From an uncultured Gammaproteobacteria bacterium (lineage in GTDB: Bacteria; Patescibacteriota; Patescibacteriia; Patescibacteriales; Patescibacteriaceae): a stretch of 38,935 bases of DNA. The notes under the pieces were generated by a model. The model ran no database searches. It was not told the origin of the DNA and worked only from the letters and a program-made list of their open reading frames with translations. The position numbers and the translations under genes are program-made. The stretch is taken from assembly GCA_964444675.1 (NCBI GenBank), contig CAYUIC010000003.1, positions 1-38,935 of the forward strand, written 5' to 3'. Shown piece after piece: positions 18,946 to 28,818 of this stretch. Numbering within the stretch: the stretch's first letter is position 1; each line of letters begins with the position of its first letter.

Positions 18946-19299
18946 AAATTCTAAGCCTGCGGCACGAGCGCCTTCAGCTACCGCTTTAACGCGACCTGTA
19001 TACAAATTTCCACCGCGATCAAATACGACCTTCTTGATCTTCTTGGCTACGGCTTTTTCTCCCAGTAATTTACCCAACTCCATGGCAGCCTCGGACTTCT
19101 TAATCTTCTTGCTCTTTAATTCGCGGGTGTGAGCGCTGGCCAAGGTAGTACCGGTTAGGTCGTTAATCAACTGGACGTACAAGCCAGTGTTCGAACGAAA
19201 AACGCTCAAACGCGGGCAATCGCCTGTTCCTGAAATTTTGACGCGTACGCGACGAGCGCGGCGTTCATGCAATAATTGTTTTGCTTTTTGACTGTTCAT
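18943..19299 (-). CDS. rplR: 50S ribosomal protein L18
   Basis: [25 protein letters not shown]. Confidence 0.97.
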   Translation of the reverse strand: MNSQKAKQLLHERRARRVRVKISGTGDCPRLSVFRSNTGLYVQLINDLTGTTLASAHTRELKSKKIKKSEAAMELGKLLGEKAVAKKIKKVVFDRGGNLYTGRVKAVAEGARAAGLEF

Positions 19300-19307
19300 A
19301 TGTGTGC

Positions 19308-19853
19308 TTAAGCGCCTTTAGCGGCAGTCTTACCGGCTTTGCGACGGACTAATTCGCCGACATAGCGGATACCCTTGCCTTTGTATGGTTCAGGCTTTTT
19401 CAAACGTCTGATTTGTGCAGCCATTTCTCCAACTAATTGCTTATCAATTCCTTTCAATGTAATAATGTTGGCTTCAACAGTGGCCTGAATTCCTTTTGGT
19501 AATGGAAAATTGACTTGGTGAGAAAAACCAAGACTTAAAGTCAATGCTTGAGCTCCGCCGGAAACTTTATAACCGACTCCTTGGATTTCCAGTTTCTTTT
19601 CATAACCGTCAGTAACACCGATTACCATATTCTTAATCAAACTCACGAACAAACCCCAGAACGCGCGTTCTTTCTTGTTATCCGGGTTCTTGACCGTAAC
19701 TTTGATGCCTTCCGGCAGAATCTCTACCGAAACGGCAGGATGCAAAACTTGCGAGAGTTCTCCTTTCGGTCCCTTTACAGTCAATACATCGCCTACTAAT
19801 GTGGCGCTCGCTCCCTTGTCTAATGCAATTGGCAGTTTTCCTAAACGTGACAT
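19308..19853 (-). CDS. rplF: 50S ribosomal protein L6
   Basis: [28 protein letters not shown]. Confidence 0.98.
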   Translation of the reverse strand: MSRLGKLPIALDKGASATLVGDVLTVKGPKGELSQVLHPAVSVEILPEGIKVTVKNPDNKKERAFWGLFVSLIKNMVIGVTDGYEKKLEIQGVGYKVSGGAQALTLSLGFSHQVNFPLPKGIQATVEANIITLKGIDKQLVGEMAAQIRRLKKPEPYKGKGIRYVGELVRRKAGKTAAKGA

Positions 19854-19862
19854 ATCGGTATG

Positions 19863-20273
19863 TTAGTAAATTTCACAAATAACTTCTCCACCCAAGTTCT
19901 TCTTTTTGGCTTCGCGGTTTGTCATGATGCCCTGAGAAGTTGAAATCAAGGCGATGCCATAACCGTTCAATACTCTCGGCAAAGCATCTTTACCGACATA
20001 TACGCGACGACTTGATTTGCTGATACGGGTGACTGAGCTAATCATCGGTGCGCCGTCTGCTTTGTATTTCAAAGCGATACGCAACTGGTCAAAAGCGTTG
20101 CCTTTTTCTTTTCCTTCAGCCGGCAAGACTTCAGCTTTTTCAACCCAGCCATTCTGTTCAAGCAGTTTGGCGATATTGAATTTAAGCTTGCTCATAGGCA
20201 AAACCACCTCCGCCTTTTTGATGGCGGCAGCGTTTCTGATACGGGTTAACATGTCTGCGATTGGGTCTATCAT
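19863..20273 (-). CDS. rpsH: 30S ribosomal protein S8 (start at ATG 20273)
   Basis: DPIADMLTRIRNA, ISTSQGIMT, GGEVICEIY. Confidence 0.97.
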   Translation of the reverse strand: MIDPIADMLTRIRNAAAIKKAEVVLPMSKLKFNIAKLLEQNGWVEKAEVLPAEGKEKGNAFDQLRIALKYKADGAPMISSVTRISKSSRRVYVGKDALPRVLNGYGIALISTSQGIMTNREAKKKNLGGEVICEIY

Positions 20274-20292
20274 AGGTATACTATTGCTTAAA

Positions 20293-20478
20293 TTACCAGC
20301 TTGATTTCGTAATGCCCGGCAAATCGGTGTTATTCGCCAATTCGCGGAAACAAATACGGCACAAACCAAAATCACGCATATAGCCGTGGTTACGGCCGCA
20401 ACGCCAGCATCGATTTATTTTCCGGCTGGAAAACTTCGGTGTCTTTTTTGATTTTTCGATCATTGCTTTTCGTGCCAT
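20293..20478 (-). CDS. rpsN: 30S ribosomal protein S14, Zn-binding type Z
   Basis: 61 aa, CWRC..CRIC. Confidence 0.97.
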   Translation of the reverse strand: MARKAMIEKSKKTPKFSSRKINRCWRCGRNHGYMRDFGLCRICFRELANNTDLPGITKSSW

Positions 20479-20486
20479 ATAGTTGC

Positions 20487-21029
20487 TTAAGCGGCTTTCT
20501 TAAACGGGAAGCCGAACATGCGGAAGAGCTCAAGCCCTTCTTCGCGGGACTTTGCGGTCGTTGAGATCGTAATCTGCAAACCGTGTACGTTATCGACCTC
20601 GTCAGCCTTAACTTCCGGAAACGGCAAATGCTCTTTGAAACCGATTGAAATGTTACCGGTCTTATCAATAATCTTTTCGCTGATACCGCGGAAGTCGCGT
20701 ACGCGAGGGAAAGTAACATTGATCAATTTATCAAGAAAATCATACATGCGTTCACCGCGCAAGGTGGCGACTACGCCGACAATTTGTCCTTCTCTTACCT
20801 TAAAAGCTGAAATTGATTTACGAGCCTTGGTCATAATAGGCTTCTGTCCGGTAATACGGGTAAGTGTTCCGGCCACACTGTCGACAAAAGCTTTGTCTTT
20901 AGTGTTGCGTCCAACGCCAACGTTAATCGAAACTTTCACGATTTTCGGAGTCGCCATAGTATTGCGATAGCCGAATTTCTTCTGCATCGCTCCTTTGATT
21001 TCTTTGTTGTACTTTTCGTGTAGTTTCAT
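20487..21029 (-). CDS. rplE: 50S ribosomal protein L5
   Basis: [20 protein letters not shown]. Confidence 0.98.
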   Translation of the reverse strand: MKLHEKYNKEIKGAMQKKFGYRNTMATPKIVKVSINVGVGRNTKDKAFVDSVAGTLTRITGQKPIMTKARKSISAFKVREGQIVGVVATLRGERMYDFLDKLINVTFPRVRDFRGISEKIIDKTGNISIGFKEHLPFPEVKADEVDNVHGLQITISTTAKSREEGLELFRMFGFPFKKAA

Positions 21030-21033
21030 ACGA

Positions 21034-21360
21034 TTAATCTATTGTCGTTTGACATTTCTTACACACGCGAACCTTAGTTCCTTTGCGTTCGGCATTTCCT
21101 TCAATCACCTTTTTGCTGACGCGAGTCGGCTTGCCACATTTCGGGCAGATCAGCATCAGGTTGGAAATATTCATCGGAGACGGGAATTCAACACGTTGTC
21201 CTTTTTCGCCTTGCTTGCGCGGGCGCAAATGTTTGATTAACAAGTTAATCCCTTCAACGCTGGCGCGGTTTTGTTCGATAAAAATCTGCAAAACTTTTCC
21301 GGTTTTACCTTTATCTTTTCCTGCCATGACTATTACGTTGTCGTTTCGTTTGATATTCAT
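21034..21360 (-). CDS. rplX: 50S ribosomal protein L24
   Basis: KOW motif AGKDKGKTGKV, ISNLMLICPKC. Confidence 0.97.
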   Translation of the reverse strand: MNIKRNDNVIVMAGKDKGKTGKVLQIFIEQNRASVEGINLLIKHLRPRKQGEKGQRVEFPSPMNISNLMLICPKCGKPTRVSKKVIEGNAERKGTKVRVCKKCQTTID

Positions 21361-21369
21361 AAATATAAC

Positions 21370-21741
21370 TTATAGCACTTCCGGCGCCAAAGACGCAATC
21401 TTAACATAACCGGCCTTACGCACTTCGCGCGGGATGGGTCCAAAAATACGGGTACCGCGAGGTTCGCCGTTTTTCTTTTCAATAATGACGCAGGCATTGT
21501 CGTCAAAGCGGATGTAGCTTCCGTCCGGGCGTCGCATTTCTTTCTTGACACGTACGACAACGGCAAGCAACACATCGCTCTTCTTTACCATGGCGTGCGG
21601 TACGGCCTGCTTGACCGTTACAATAATGCGTTCGCCGACATGGGCGTAGCGCTTGCGGTAACCGCCGAGCACGCGAATACACTGCACCTTTTTGGCGCCT
21701 GTGTTATCGGCTACTTTTAACATGGTTTGTACCTGAATCAT
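21370..21741 (-). CDS. rplN: 50S ribosomal protein L14
   Basis: [22 protein letters not shown]. Confidence 0.98.
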   Translation of the reverse strand: MIQVQTMLKVADNTGAKKVQCIRVLGGYRKRYAHVGERIIVTVKQAVPHAMVKKSDVLLAVVVRVKKEMRRPDGSYIRFDDNACVIIEKKNGEPRGTRIFGPIPREVRKAGYVKIASLAPEVL

Positions 21742-21745
21742 ATCT

Positions 21746-21985
21746 TTACTTAGTACTGTAAATAACTCTCCAGCGCTTGTCCTTACTCAAAGGGCGGCAC
21801 TCAACAAATGTAACCTTGTCCCCTTCTTTAAACTGGTTCTTCTCATCATGAACCTTATAACGGCTCGTGACGACATAGCGCTTTTTATATTTGGAGTGGA
21901 TTTTGACATTTTCAACAACGACAACGATGGTCTTATCCATTTTGTCTGAAGCTACTACGCCTGAAAATGTTTTCTTTACTGACAT
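21746..21985 (-). CDS. rpsQ: 30S ribosomal protein S17
   Basis: [21 protein letters not shown]. Confidence 0.97.
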   Translation of the reverse strand: MSVKKTFSGVVASDKMDKTIVVVVENVKIHSKYKKRYVVTSRYKVHDEKNQFKEGDKVTFVECRPLSKDKRWRVIYSTK

Positions 21986-21989
21986 ATCG

Positions 21990-22175
21990 TTACTTTTTTT
22001 TGTTAATCAAAGTCAAAAGGCGTGCAATAAGCTCACGTTCACGGCGAAGAGCGCGAACATCAGCCAACTGCTTGCCGGCATCCTTGAAACGCAACTGGCG
22101 CAGCTTCTCACGTGACTCAGCCAACATGGCGTGCCATTCTTTCAGCGTTTTAGTTTGTAATTCTTTAAAATCCAT
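21990..22175 (-). CDS. rpmC: 50S ribosomal protein L29 (start at ATG 22175)
   Basis: LRQLRF..IARLLT; lies between rplP and rpsQ. Confidence 0.9.
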   Translation of the reverse strand: MDFKELQTKTLKEWHAMLAESREKLRQLRFKDAGKQLADVRALRRERELIARLLTLINKKK

Positions 22176-22183
22176 ACTGATAA

Positions 22184-22591
22184 TTAATGTTTCAAGACAA
22201 ATTTGCATTTGACCGGCAATTTATGCGCCGCCAAAGTCATGGCTTCGCGCGCCTGTGTTTCTGTAACTCCTTCGATTTCAAACAGAATCATACCCGGTTT
22301 AACAATCGCGACATAGTGGTCAACAGGACCTTTTCCTTTACCCATCGGCATTTCACCGCCCTTGGCAGTAACCGGTTTGTCCGGGAATACTCTGATCCAC
22401 AATTTACCTGTACGTTGTACATAACGAGTAATAACGCGACGTGACGCTTCAAGCTGGCGAGCTGTTACCCAGCAACCTTCAATACTCTTCAATCCAAAGC
22501 TGCCAAAAGCCAAGCTGATCTTGCGCGTAGCTTTTCCGCCGCGATTCAACTTATGTCCTTTTCTGAATTTTGTCTTTTTTGGAGCTAACAT
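22184..22591 (-). CDS. rplP: 50S ribosomal protein L16
   Basis: MLAPKKTKFRK, WIRVFPDKP, MGKGKG. Confidence 0.98.
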   Translation of the reverse strand: MLAPKKTKFRKGHKLNRGGKATRKISLAFGSFGLKSIEGCWVTARQLEASRRVITRYVQRTGKLWIRVFPDKPVTAKGGEMPMGKGKGPVDHYVAIVKPGMILFEIEGVTETQAREAMTLAAHKLPVKCKFVLKH

Positions 22592-22613
22592 AGACCACTG
22601 ATTACACTGATTA
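22591..22613. repeat. Dispersed 23-bp repeat, copy B (inverted relative to copy A)
   Basis: TAGACCACTGATTACACTGATTA. Confidence 0.75.
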
Positions 22614-22621
22614 ATTAATTA

Positions 22622-23320
22622 TTAACGGCGTTTTCCGCCACGTTCTTTAACAACCGCACCGGCTTCTTCCGGCCGTTCAAATACTTCACCGCGGTAGACC
22701 CACGCTTTGATGCCGATCAAACCGTAAGTGGTATGGGCAGCACCGCGAGCATAGTCGATATCGGCACGCAAAGTTTGCAAAGGAAGTTTTCCGGAAACCA
22801 ACATTTCGCGGCGAGCAATTTCCGCGCCGTTCAAACGACCGGAAACCATAACCTTAACACCCAATGCGCCCGCTCGTTCCGCGCGACCAATTGCCTGCTT
22901 CATGACTCTCTTGAAAGGCAAACGCTTTTCAATATCGATAATCATGGATTGGACAATAATCATAGCGGAAAGGTTCGGACGATCAACTTCGGTAATATTG
23001 ATGTTAATTTCTCCTGAACGGTAGTTCTTTAAAAATTTGGTATGCAATTTCTTTTTCAAATCTTCAATTCCCGCACCGCCACGGCCAATGATCAAGCCCG
23101 GTTTCGCGGTGTAGAGGTTTACAACAATCTTCTTGTTTGACGGACGTTCGATTTCAACGCGGTCAACGCCGGCTTCCTTAAAACTCTTGATTAAAAAGCG
23201 GCTCACACCCAAGTCTTGCTTAACCTGATTGATATAACTATTTCCGCGCGCAAACCGCTTCGAACCCCAAGTTCGAGTTATTCCGACACGCATTACTTTT
23301 GGATTGACTTTCTGTCCCAT
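22622..23320 (-). CDS. rpsC: 30S ribosomal protein S3
   Basis: MGQKVNP, KPGLIIGRGG, GRLNGAEIAR, PLQTLRADIDY. Confidence 0.98.
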   Translation of the reverse strand: MGQKVNPKVMRVGITRTWGSKRFARGNSYINQVKQDLGVSRFLIKSFKEAGVDRVEIERPSNKKIVVNLYTAKPGLIIGRGGAGIEDLKKKLHTKFLKNYRSGEININITEVDRPNLSAMIIVQSMIIDIEKRLPFKRVMKQAIGRAERAGALGVKVMVSGRLNGAEIARREMLVSGKLPLQTLRADIDYARGAAHTTYGLIGIKAWVYRGEVFERPEEAGAVVKERGGKRR

Positions 23321-23333
23321 ACAAGTTTAAAGA

Positions 23334-23882
23334 TTAACCGCTTTTACGGTTGAAAAGTTTAGTTGTAAACCCTTTACTGCGACCTTCGCGGCGCGGATCA
23401 ACAATTTTTTTGTCTTTTTCTTCAAGATTATCCATAGGCTTGCCCGGTTTTGATTCTTCAACTTTCACGCCCTCTTCTTTAACCGGAGCTGAACCGAGTT
23501 TTACCGGAGCATCAGCTTTAACTTTGCGTCCTGCGCGCGCACCTGAATCGTTGATTTCACCCAAGATAACATTGATGTGGCTTGAGCGCTTGCGCAATGG
23601 TGTGGCGCGGCCATGAGCTCTTGGCAACCAACGGTGCAAAGTTGGAGCTTGGTCAACGCGAATTTCTTTGATAAACAAGTTATCAATTGAAAGCTCAAAG
23701 TTATGAGTGGCGTTGGCCGCGGCAGATTCAAGCAATTTGCGAACCGGATCGGCGGCAAACTTGCCGGCGAATTTAAGCTGGTCAATCGCTACATCTAATT
23801 TCTTACCGCGCACCAAAGCAGCAATAAGGCGGACCTTACGCGGTGACATTCTGATAAATTTTGCTTTGGCTTTAATTTCCAT
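23334..23882 (-). CDS. rplV: 50S ribosomal protein L22 with C-terminal extension
   Basis: SPRKVRL, PRAHGRA, KRSSHI; about 70 extra residues. Confidence 0.97.
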   Translation of the reverse strand: MEIKAKAKFIRMSPRKVRLIAALVRGKKLDVAIDQLKFAGKFAADPVRKLLESAAANATHNFELSIDNLFIKEIRVDQAPTLHRWLPRAHGRATPLRKRSSHINVILGEINDSGARAGRKVKADAPVKLGSAPVKEEGVKVEESKPGKPMDNLEEKDKKIVDPRREGRSKGFTTKLFNRKSG

Positions 23883-23890
23883 ATCTTAGT

Positions 23891-24178
23891 TTATTTTCCT
23901 GGTTTGGCTTGCTCTTTCGCCATTTTACCGCCATGAGCGACAAACTTGCGGGTCGGGGCGAATTCGCCGAGCTTATGTCCGACCATATTTTCATTCACCA
24001 ACACCGGTGTGTGGACTCTACCGTTATGTACGCCGATTGTAAAGCCTACCATTTCCGGAGTAATCACGCTGGCGCGGTCCCAGACTTTAATCTGAGTCTT
24101 ATCGCCCGGCTTTAAAGACAGAATTTTCTTCTGGAGACGTTCGTTGATGTATGGACCTTTTTTGAGACTTCTAGACAT
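23891..24178 (-). CDS. rpsS: 30S ribosomal protein S19
   Basis: [22 protein letters not shown]. Confidence 0.98.
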   Translation of the reverse strand: MSRSLKKGPYINERLQKKILSLKPGDKTQIKVWDRASVITPEMVGFTIGVHNGRVHTPVLVNENMVGHKLGEFAPTRKFVAHGGKMAKEQAKPGK

Positions 24179-24186
24179 ACGGGTGT

Positions 24187-25029
24187 TTACAATTTCTTGC
24201 CGTTACGGCGTGAAATAATTAATTTGTTTGAAACTTTGCGTCCGTGGCGGGTCTTCACACCATAGGCGTTCTTGCCCCACTTGGTTTTCGGATGCTTCAA
24301 ACCGATTGGCTGGTTACCTTCACCACCTCCGTGCGGGTGATCGTTCGGGTTCATAGCTGATCCGCGAACCGTCGGGCGGATGCCCATATGGCGGCTGCGA
24401 CCGGCTTTTCCGATGCTGACATGGCGAATATCAAGGTTGCCAACTTGTCCGATTGTGCACAGACATTCTTTCTTAATCAAACGGATTTCACCGGACGGCA
24501 ACTTAACCTGAGCGAATTTCTTTTCAACTGACATAACGAACAATGCGTTGCCCGCGCCGCGCGCGAGTCTTCCGCCTTGTCCCGGATCCAATTCAACATT
24601 GTGTACCGGAAGACCGGCCGGAATAAATTCAAGCGGCATCGCGTTGCCGATTTTTGGTTCAACGGATTTCTTGGAACTGATAACGGTCATCCCGACAGTC
24701 AAACCAAGCGGCCCGATTATATAGCGCTTTTCGCCGTCTGCGTAATGTACCGAAGCAATACGTGGTCCGAGACTCGGATCATATTCAATAGTGGCAACCT
24801 TACCGGGTACATCGAACTTATCACGTTTAAAGTCAATCACGCGGATGTAGCGCTTAACGCCACCGCCCTGGTGACGGACAGTAATCTTACCTTGCGCATT
24901 GCGGCCGGCATTCTTGCGTTTGATGAAAATCAAATTCTTTTCAGGCGTCTTAGTAGTAACGTCTGAAAAATCCTGGTAGCTGGCGCTACGCATTCCCGGT
25001 GATGTTGGTTTGGCTTTTCTGATACCCAT
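24187..25029 (-). CDS. rplB: 50S ribosomal protein L2
   Basis: [37 protein letters not shown]. Confidence 0.98.
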   Translation of the reverse strand: MGIRKAKPTSPGMRSASYQDFSDVTTKTPEKNLIFIKRKNAGRNAQGKITVRHQGGGVKRYIRVIDFKRDKFDVPGKVATIEYDPSLGPRIASVHYADGEKRYIIGPLGLTVGMTVISSKKSVEPKIGNAMPLEFIPAGLPVHNVELDPGQGGRLARGAGNALFVMSVEKKFAQVKLPSGEIRLIKKECLCTIGQVGNLDIRHVSIGKAGRSRHMGIRPTVRGSAMNPNDHPHGGGEGNQPIGLKHPKTKWGKNAYGVKTRHGRKVSNKLIISRRNGKKL

Positions 25030-25037
25030 ATAAAATA

Positions 25038-25472
25038 TTAAACTCCTTCATGCAGAGCAATTGTTTTGCCCTTAGCTAAAGTGACTATCGCTTTCTTCCA
25101 ATCTTTACGCTTGCCGATAATACGTCCGTAGCGGCGTGACTTCCCTTCCATGCGGATGACGCTTACTTTGATTGGAGCAACACCGTAAGCGGTTTTAATC
25201 GCTTTGGCGATTTCAATCTTGTTGGCGCCGATGGCAACGGCAAAGAAGTATTGGTTATTGGTGGTTTGCTGGCGGCTCGCTTTTTCTGAAACAATCGGCT
25301 TAATCAAAACACGATAAGCCTGATTAACAGCGCCCGTCTTATGTTCTGATTTGTCAGACTTTTTTACTTCAGTCGTATCCGCATACATTTCTTTCATAGA
25401 CGCTTCTTTAGCCGGCGCTTTGGCAGCGCTTTTCTTTACTGGAGTTTTTTTGTCTTTACCGAATAATGCCAT
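25038..25472 (-). CDS. rplW: 50S ribosomal protein L23 with N-terminal extension (start at ATG 25472)
   Basis: PIVSEKA, ANKIEI, WKKAIVTL. Confidence 0.95.
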   Translation of the reverse strand: MALFGKDKKTPVKKSAAKAPAKEASMKEMYADTTEVKKSDKSEHKTGAVNQAYRVLIKPIVSEKASRQQTTNNQYFFAVAIGANKIEIAKAIKTAYGVAPIKVSVIRMEGKSRRYGRIIGKRKDWKKAIVTLAKGKTIALHEGV

Positions 25473-25476
25473 ATGT

Positions 25477-26124
25477 TTATTTGTAGCGTTCTTCAATAAC
25501 AGTAACTGCATCACGAGTTGCAATAACAGCCTTGTATTTCAAGAGATCAAGTAAGTTAAGGTTCTCAACCGTAATCATCTTAACATCCGGTAAGTTACGA
25601 GCAGAAGCTTTGGTAGCGTGGACCGGGGCTTTGTCAATAACCAAAATAGTTTTTTTGCCAGTCATTTCAAAAGCTTTCTCTGAAACACTGTCTACGGTTT
25701 TCTTAAAATCCTTGGTTTTAAATTCTGACATGGCAATATCATCAACAATTGCCAAACGGTGATCGGCTACTTTGTCAGACAACACAATGCACAACGCTTT
25801 CTTACGCATTTTTGCATTGATATTTTTAGAAAAATTGCGGCCGTTGGTTGGACCGAAGGTGACACCTCCGCCTTTCCAAATCGGTGAGCGGACGGATCCG
25901 ACGCGAGCGCGTCCGGTTCCCTTTTGCTTCCATGGCTTTTTGCCTGATCCGCGAACTTCAGAACGGTCCTTGGTATGAGCCAATACTTTGCGTTCGTTTG
26001 AACTTTGCGCGACCATGGCTTGGTGCACCAAAGCTTCATTCGGCTTCAAACCAAATACCTTTTCGTTCAATTCGGCTTCGCCGATGACCTGTCCTGTTTT
26101 GTTGTAGACTTTGTAGCTAATCAT
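25477..26124 (-). CDS. rplD: 50S ribosomal protein L4
   Basis: KPWKQKGTGRARVGSVRSPIWKGGG. Confidence 0.98.
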   Translation of the reverse strand: MISYKVYNKTGQVIGEAELNEKVFGLKPNEALVHQAMVAQSSNERKVLAHTKDRSEVRGSGKKPWKQKGTGRARVGSVRSPIWKGGGVTFGPTNGRNFSKNINAKMRKKALCIVLSDKVADHRLAIVDDIAMSEFKTKDFKKTVDSVSEKAFEMTGKKTILVIDKAPVHATKASARNLPDVKMITVENLNLLDLLKYKAVIATRDAVTVIEERYK

Positions 26125-26125
26125 A

Positions 26126-26992
26126 TTATTTGGTCTCTTCTTTTACCTCGTCCGTAGCTTCATCAGAAGCGGAGGCGGGTTCTACTTTAACTTCTTCTAC
26201 CGGAGCTTCTTCGGTTTTGGTTTCTTCTTTAGGTTCTTCAACAACTGGAGTCTCTTCAGCCTTTGGTTCTTCAACAACTGGAGCTTCTGTAGCCTCATCT
26301 GTGTTAATCTGTTCATCTGTACTATCTGTGGTTCCGACAGTTTCTTCAACTTTAATTTCAGGTAAACCGAGTTTCAATTCACCTTCGCCGAACATCATAA
26401 CCAAACCGTGACGAGCGCCGGGCACAGCTCCTTTAATATAAATTGTGTTGGTCGCCTCATCAATTTCAACAATTTCAACATCATGCAGAGTAACGCGATC
26501 GCCTCCCATGCGTCCGCTCATACGAGTTCCTTTAAAGACGTGCTGTACACCACCGGCTCCGACTGAACCCGAAGCTCTCAACTGGTCTTTGTTACCGTGA
26601 GTCGCGTCTTGTCCGTGGAAACCATGACGCTTAACAACACCCTGGAATCCTTTGCCCTTTGAAACACCGGTAATAGTTAATTTGTCGCCGACAGCAAATG
26701 TCGCAACACTAACCTGGTCGCCGACAGCCGCTTCGATTTTTTCATTGTTCAGACGGAACTCTCTTACATAACGGAATGTTCCAAGATTCTTAAAGTGTCC
26801 AACAAGGGCCTTGGTTAAAAGATTCAAACGGCGCGCGCCAAAACCTACCTGAACAGCTTCATAGCCGTCCTTTTCGGTAGTTTTGAATTGCAAAATCGTG
26901 CAGGGTCCGGCACTAATCTTAGTGACCGGTACAACCGCATCGCCTTTCCACAATTGCGTCATTTCAATTTTTTCTCCAAGTAAAAATTTCAT
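26126..26992 (-). CDS. rplC: 50S ribosomal protein L3 with acidic repetitive C-terminal tail (start at ATG 26992)
   Basis: DGYEAVQVG, SKGKGFQGVVKRH, IKGAVPG; tail with PVVEEPK repeats. Confidence 0.97.
   Translation of the reverse strand: MKFLLGEKIEMTQLWKGDAVVPVTKISAGPCTILQFKTTEKDGYEAVQVGFGARRLNLLTKALVGHFKNLGTFRYVREFRLNNEKIEAAVGDQVSVATFAVGDKLTITGVSKGKGFQGVVKRHGFHGQDATHGNKDQLRASGSVGAGGVQHVFKGTRMSGRMGGDRVTLHDVEIVEIDEATNTIYIKGAVPGARHGLVMMFGEGELKLGLPEIKVEETVGTTDSTDEQINTDEATEAPVVEEPKAEETPVVEEPKEETKTEEAPVEEVKVEPASASDEATDEVKEETK
26232..26283. repeat. 19-bp direct repeat within the rplC tail
   Basis: GGTTCTTCAACAACTGGAG at 26232-26250 and 26265-26283. Confidence 0.85.
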
Positions 26993-27014
26993 AATAAAAT
27001 AAAAAACTGATTTT

Positions 27015-27153
27015 TGAAACCAGCAATCACTATACCTCAATAAAAAATATTATTTTTGAGAAATGATGATTGATGGTTTCAGTATTGTATATCCTTTTTG
27101 CTTGAATTCTGTCTATCCACTTCCCCGCGGGGGTTAGATAAACAAAAGGCAAA
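27015..27153 (-). promoter_or_regulatory. Two long hairpins in the rpsJ-rplC spacer; candidate cis-regulatory RNA
   Basis: TGAAACCA..TGGTTTCA arm (27015-27081) and TTTGC..TGTTTATCT..GGATAGACA..GCAAA arm (27097-27153). Confidence 0.5.
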
Positions 27154-27158
27154 CAAAT

Positions 27159-27503
27159 TTACATCTTAATTTCAATATCCACGCCCGTTGGCAAATTGAG
27201 ATTGCTCAACGCTTCAATTGTCTCCGCTGACGGTTCAATGATATCCATGAGACGCTTATGCGTTCTCATTTCAAACTGGTCCCGGGCGTTCTTATGGACA
27301 AAGGTTGAAGAGTTAACGGTATACTTGCGTTTTTCCGTTGGCAAAGGAATCGGGCCATAGACTTGGGCGCCGGTTCGCTTTACGGTCGAAACAATAATCT
27401 TCGTCGATTGATCGATAATCTTATGATCAAAGGATCTGATTTTAATGCGAACGCGCTGCTTAATATCTTTGGCAGTCGATTTCTTTTGTTCCATTTCGCT
27501 CAT
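27159..27503 (-). CDS. rpsJ: 30S ribosomal protein S10
   Basis: [17 protein letters not shown]. Confidence 0.98.
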   Translation of the reverse strand: MSEMEQKKSTAKDIKQRVRIKIRSFDHKIIDQSTKIIVSTVKRTGAQVYGPIPLPTEKRKYTVNSSTFVHKNARDQFEMRTHKRLMDIIEPSAETIEALSNLNLPTGVDIEIKM

Positions 27504-27550
27504 AACGTACGTGAATGTATAACCTTAATAATGTTTCTGTATTTAAGTAC

Positions 27551-27590
27551 AGACTAAGCCCGTCCTCAGATTGAGAACGGGCATCTGTCT
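27551..27590 (-). terminator. Stem-loop directly after tuf (terminator or stability hairpin; no U-tract)
   Basis: GCCCGTTCTCA-ATC-TGAGGACGGGC on the minus strand. Confidence 0.55.
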
Positions 27591-28778
27591 TTACTTAATA
27601 ATCTTCGTTACGACACCCGCTCCGACGGTACGACCGCCTTCGCGAATAGCGAAACGCATTTTTTCTTCCAAAGCTACCGGGGCAATCAACTTGACGACCA
27701 TGTTAACGGTATCGCCAGGCATAACCATTTCGGTGCCGGCCGGCAATTCTACTTCTCCGGTTACGTCAGTAGTACGGATATAGAACTGTGGCTTATAGCC
27801 CTTGAAGAACGGCTTGTGGCGTCCGCCTTCATCTTTATTCAAGACGTAGACTTCAGCTTCAAATTCAGTGTGCGGAGTAATAGAGCCGGTCTTGGCCAAA
27901 ACCTGACCGCGTTCAACTTCTTCTTTCTTAATACCGCGCAAGAGCAATCCGGCGTTGTCACCAGCCTGACCCTGATCCAACTGTTTGTTAAACATTTCGA
28001 TTCCGGTAACGATAACTTTGCGAGTATCGCCCAAACCGACCAATTCAACTTCGTCGTTTACTTTAATGATACCGCGATCAACACGACCGGTAACAACCGT
28101 ACCGCGACCTTCAATTGAGAAGATATCTTCGATAGGCATCAAGAAAGGCTTTTCAGTGTCGCGAACCGGTTCAGGAATGTAGTCGTCCAAAGCTTTTACC
28201 AAGTCGATAACAGCCTGACCGTATTCACCAGACGGGTTTTCCAAAGCTTTCAAAGCTGATCCGCGGATAATCGGAGTAGTATCGCCAGGGAATTCGTATT
28301 TCTTCAATAAATCCTTAACTTCTTCTTCAACCAAGTCAATCAATTCCTTGTCTTCAACCATATCGCACTTGTTCAAGAAAACTACGATGTATGGCACACC
28401 GACCTGACGGGCAAGCAAAATGTGTACGCGAGTCTGAGGCATAGGTCCGTCTGTGGCAGACACGACCAAAATAGCGCCGTCCATCTGAGCAGCACCGGTA
28501 ATCATGTTTTTGACATAGTCAGCGTGACCCGGACAGTCAACGTGAGCGTAGTGACGCTTGTCTGACTCATATTCAACGTGAGCCGTCGCGATAGTAATAC
28601 CGCGGGCCTTTTCTTCAGGAGCGCCGTCGATTTCGTCAACGCCCTTAGTTGTAGCTTTGTGCCCAGTTGAACTCAATACTTTGAGTATAGCCGCCGTCAA
28701 AGTCGTTTTACCGTGGTCGACGTGACCGATGGTACCGACGTTAACGTGAGGCTTTGAGCGTTCAAATTTGTCTGCCAT
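27591..28778 (-). CDS. tuf: Elongation factor Tu
   Basis: [37 protein letters not shown]. Confidence 0.99.
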   Translation of the reverse strand: MADKFERSKPHVNVGTIGHVDHGKTTLTAAILKVLSSTGHKATTKGVDEIDGAPEEKARGITIATAHVEYESDKRHYAHVDCPGHADYVKNMITGAAQMDGAILVVSATDGPMPQTRVHILLARQVGVPYIVVFLNKCDMVEDKELIDLVEEEVKDLLKKYEFPGDTTPIIRGSALKALENPSGEYGQAVIDLVKALDDYIPEPVRDTEKPFLMPIEDIFSIEGRGTVVTGRVDRGIIKVNDEVELVGLGDTRKVIVTGIEMFNKQLDQGQAGDNAGLLLRGIKKEEVERGQVLAKTGSITPHTEFEAEVYVLNKDEGGRHKPFFKGYKPQFYIRTTDVTGEVELPAGTEMVMPGDTVNMVVKLIAPVALEEKMRFAIREGGRTVGAGVVTKIIK

Positions 28779-28818
28779 ACAGGTTTAATTAATTAGTTTA
28801 AAATTAAATTTTTTATTA

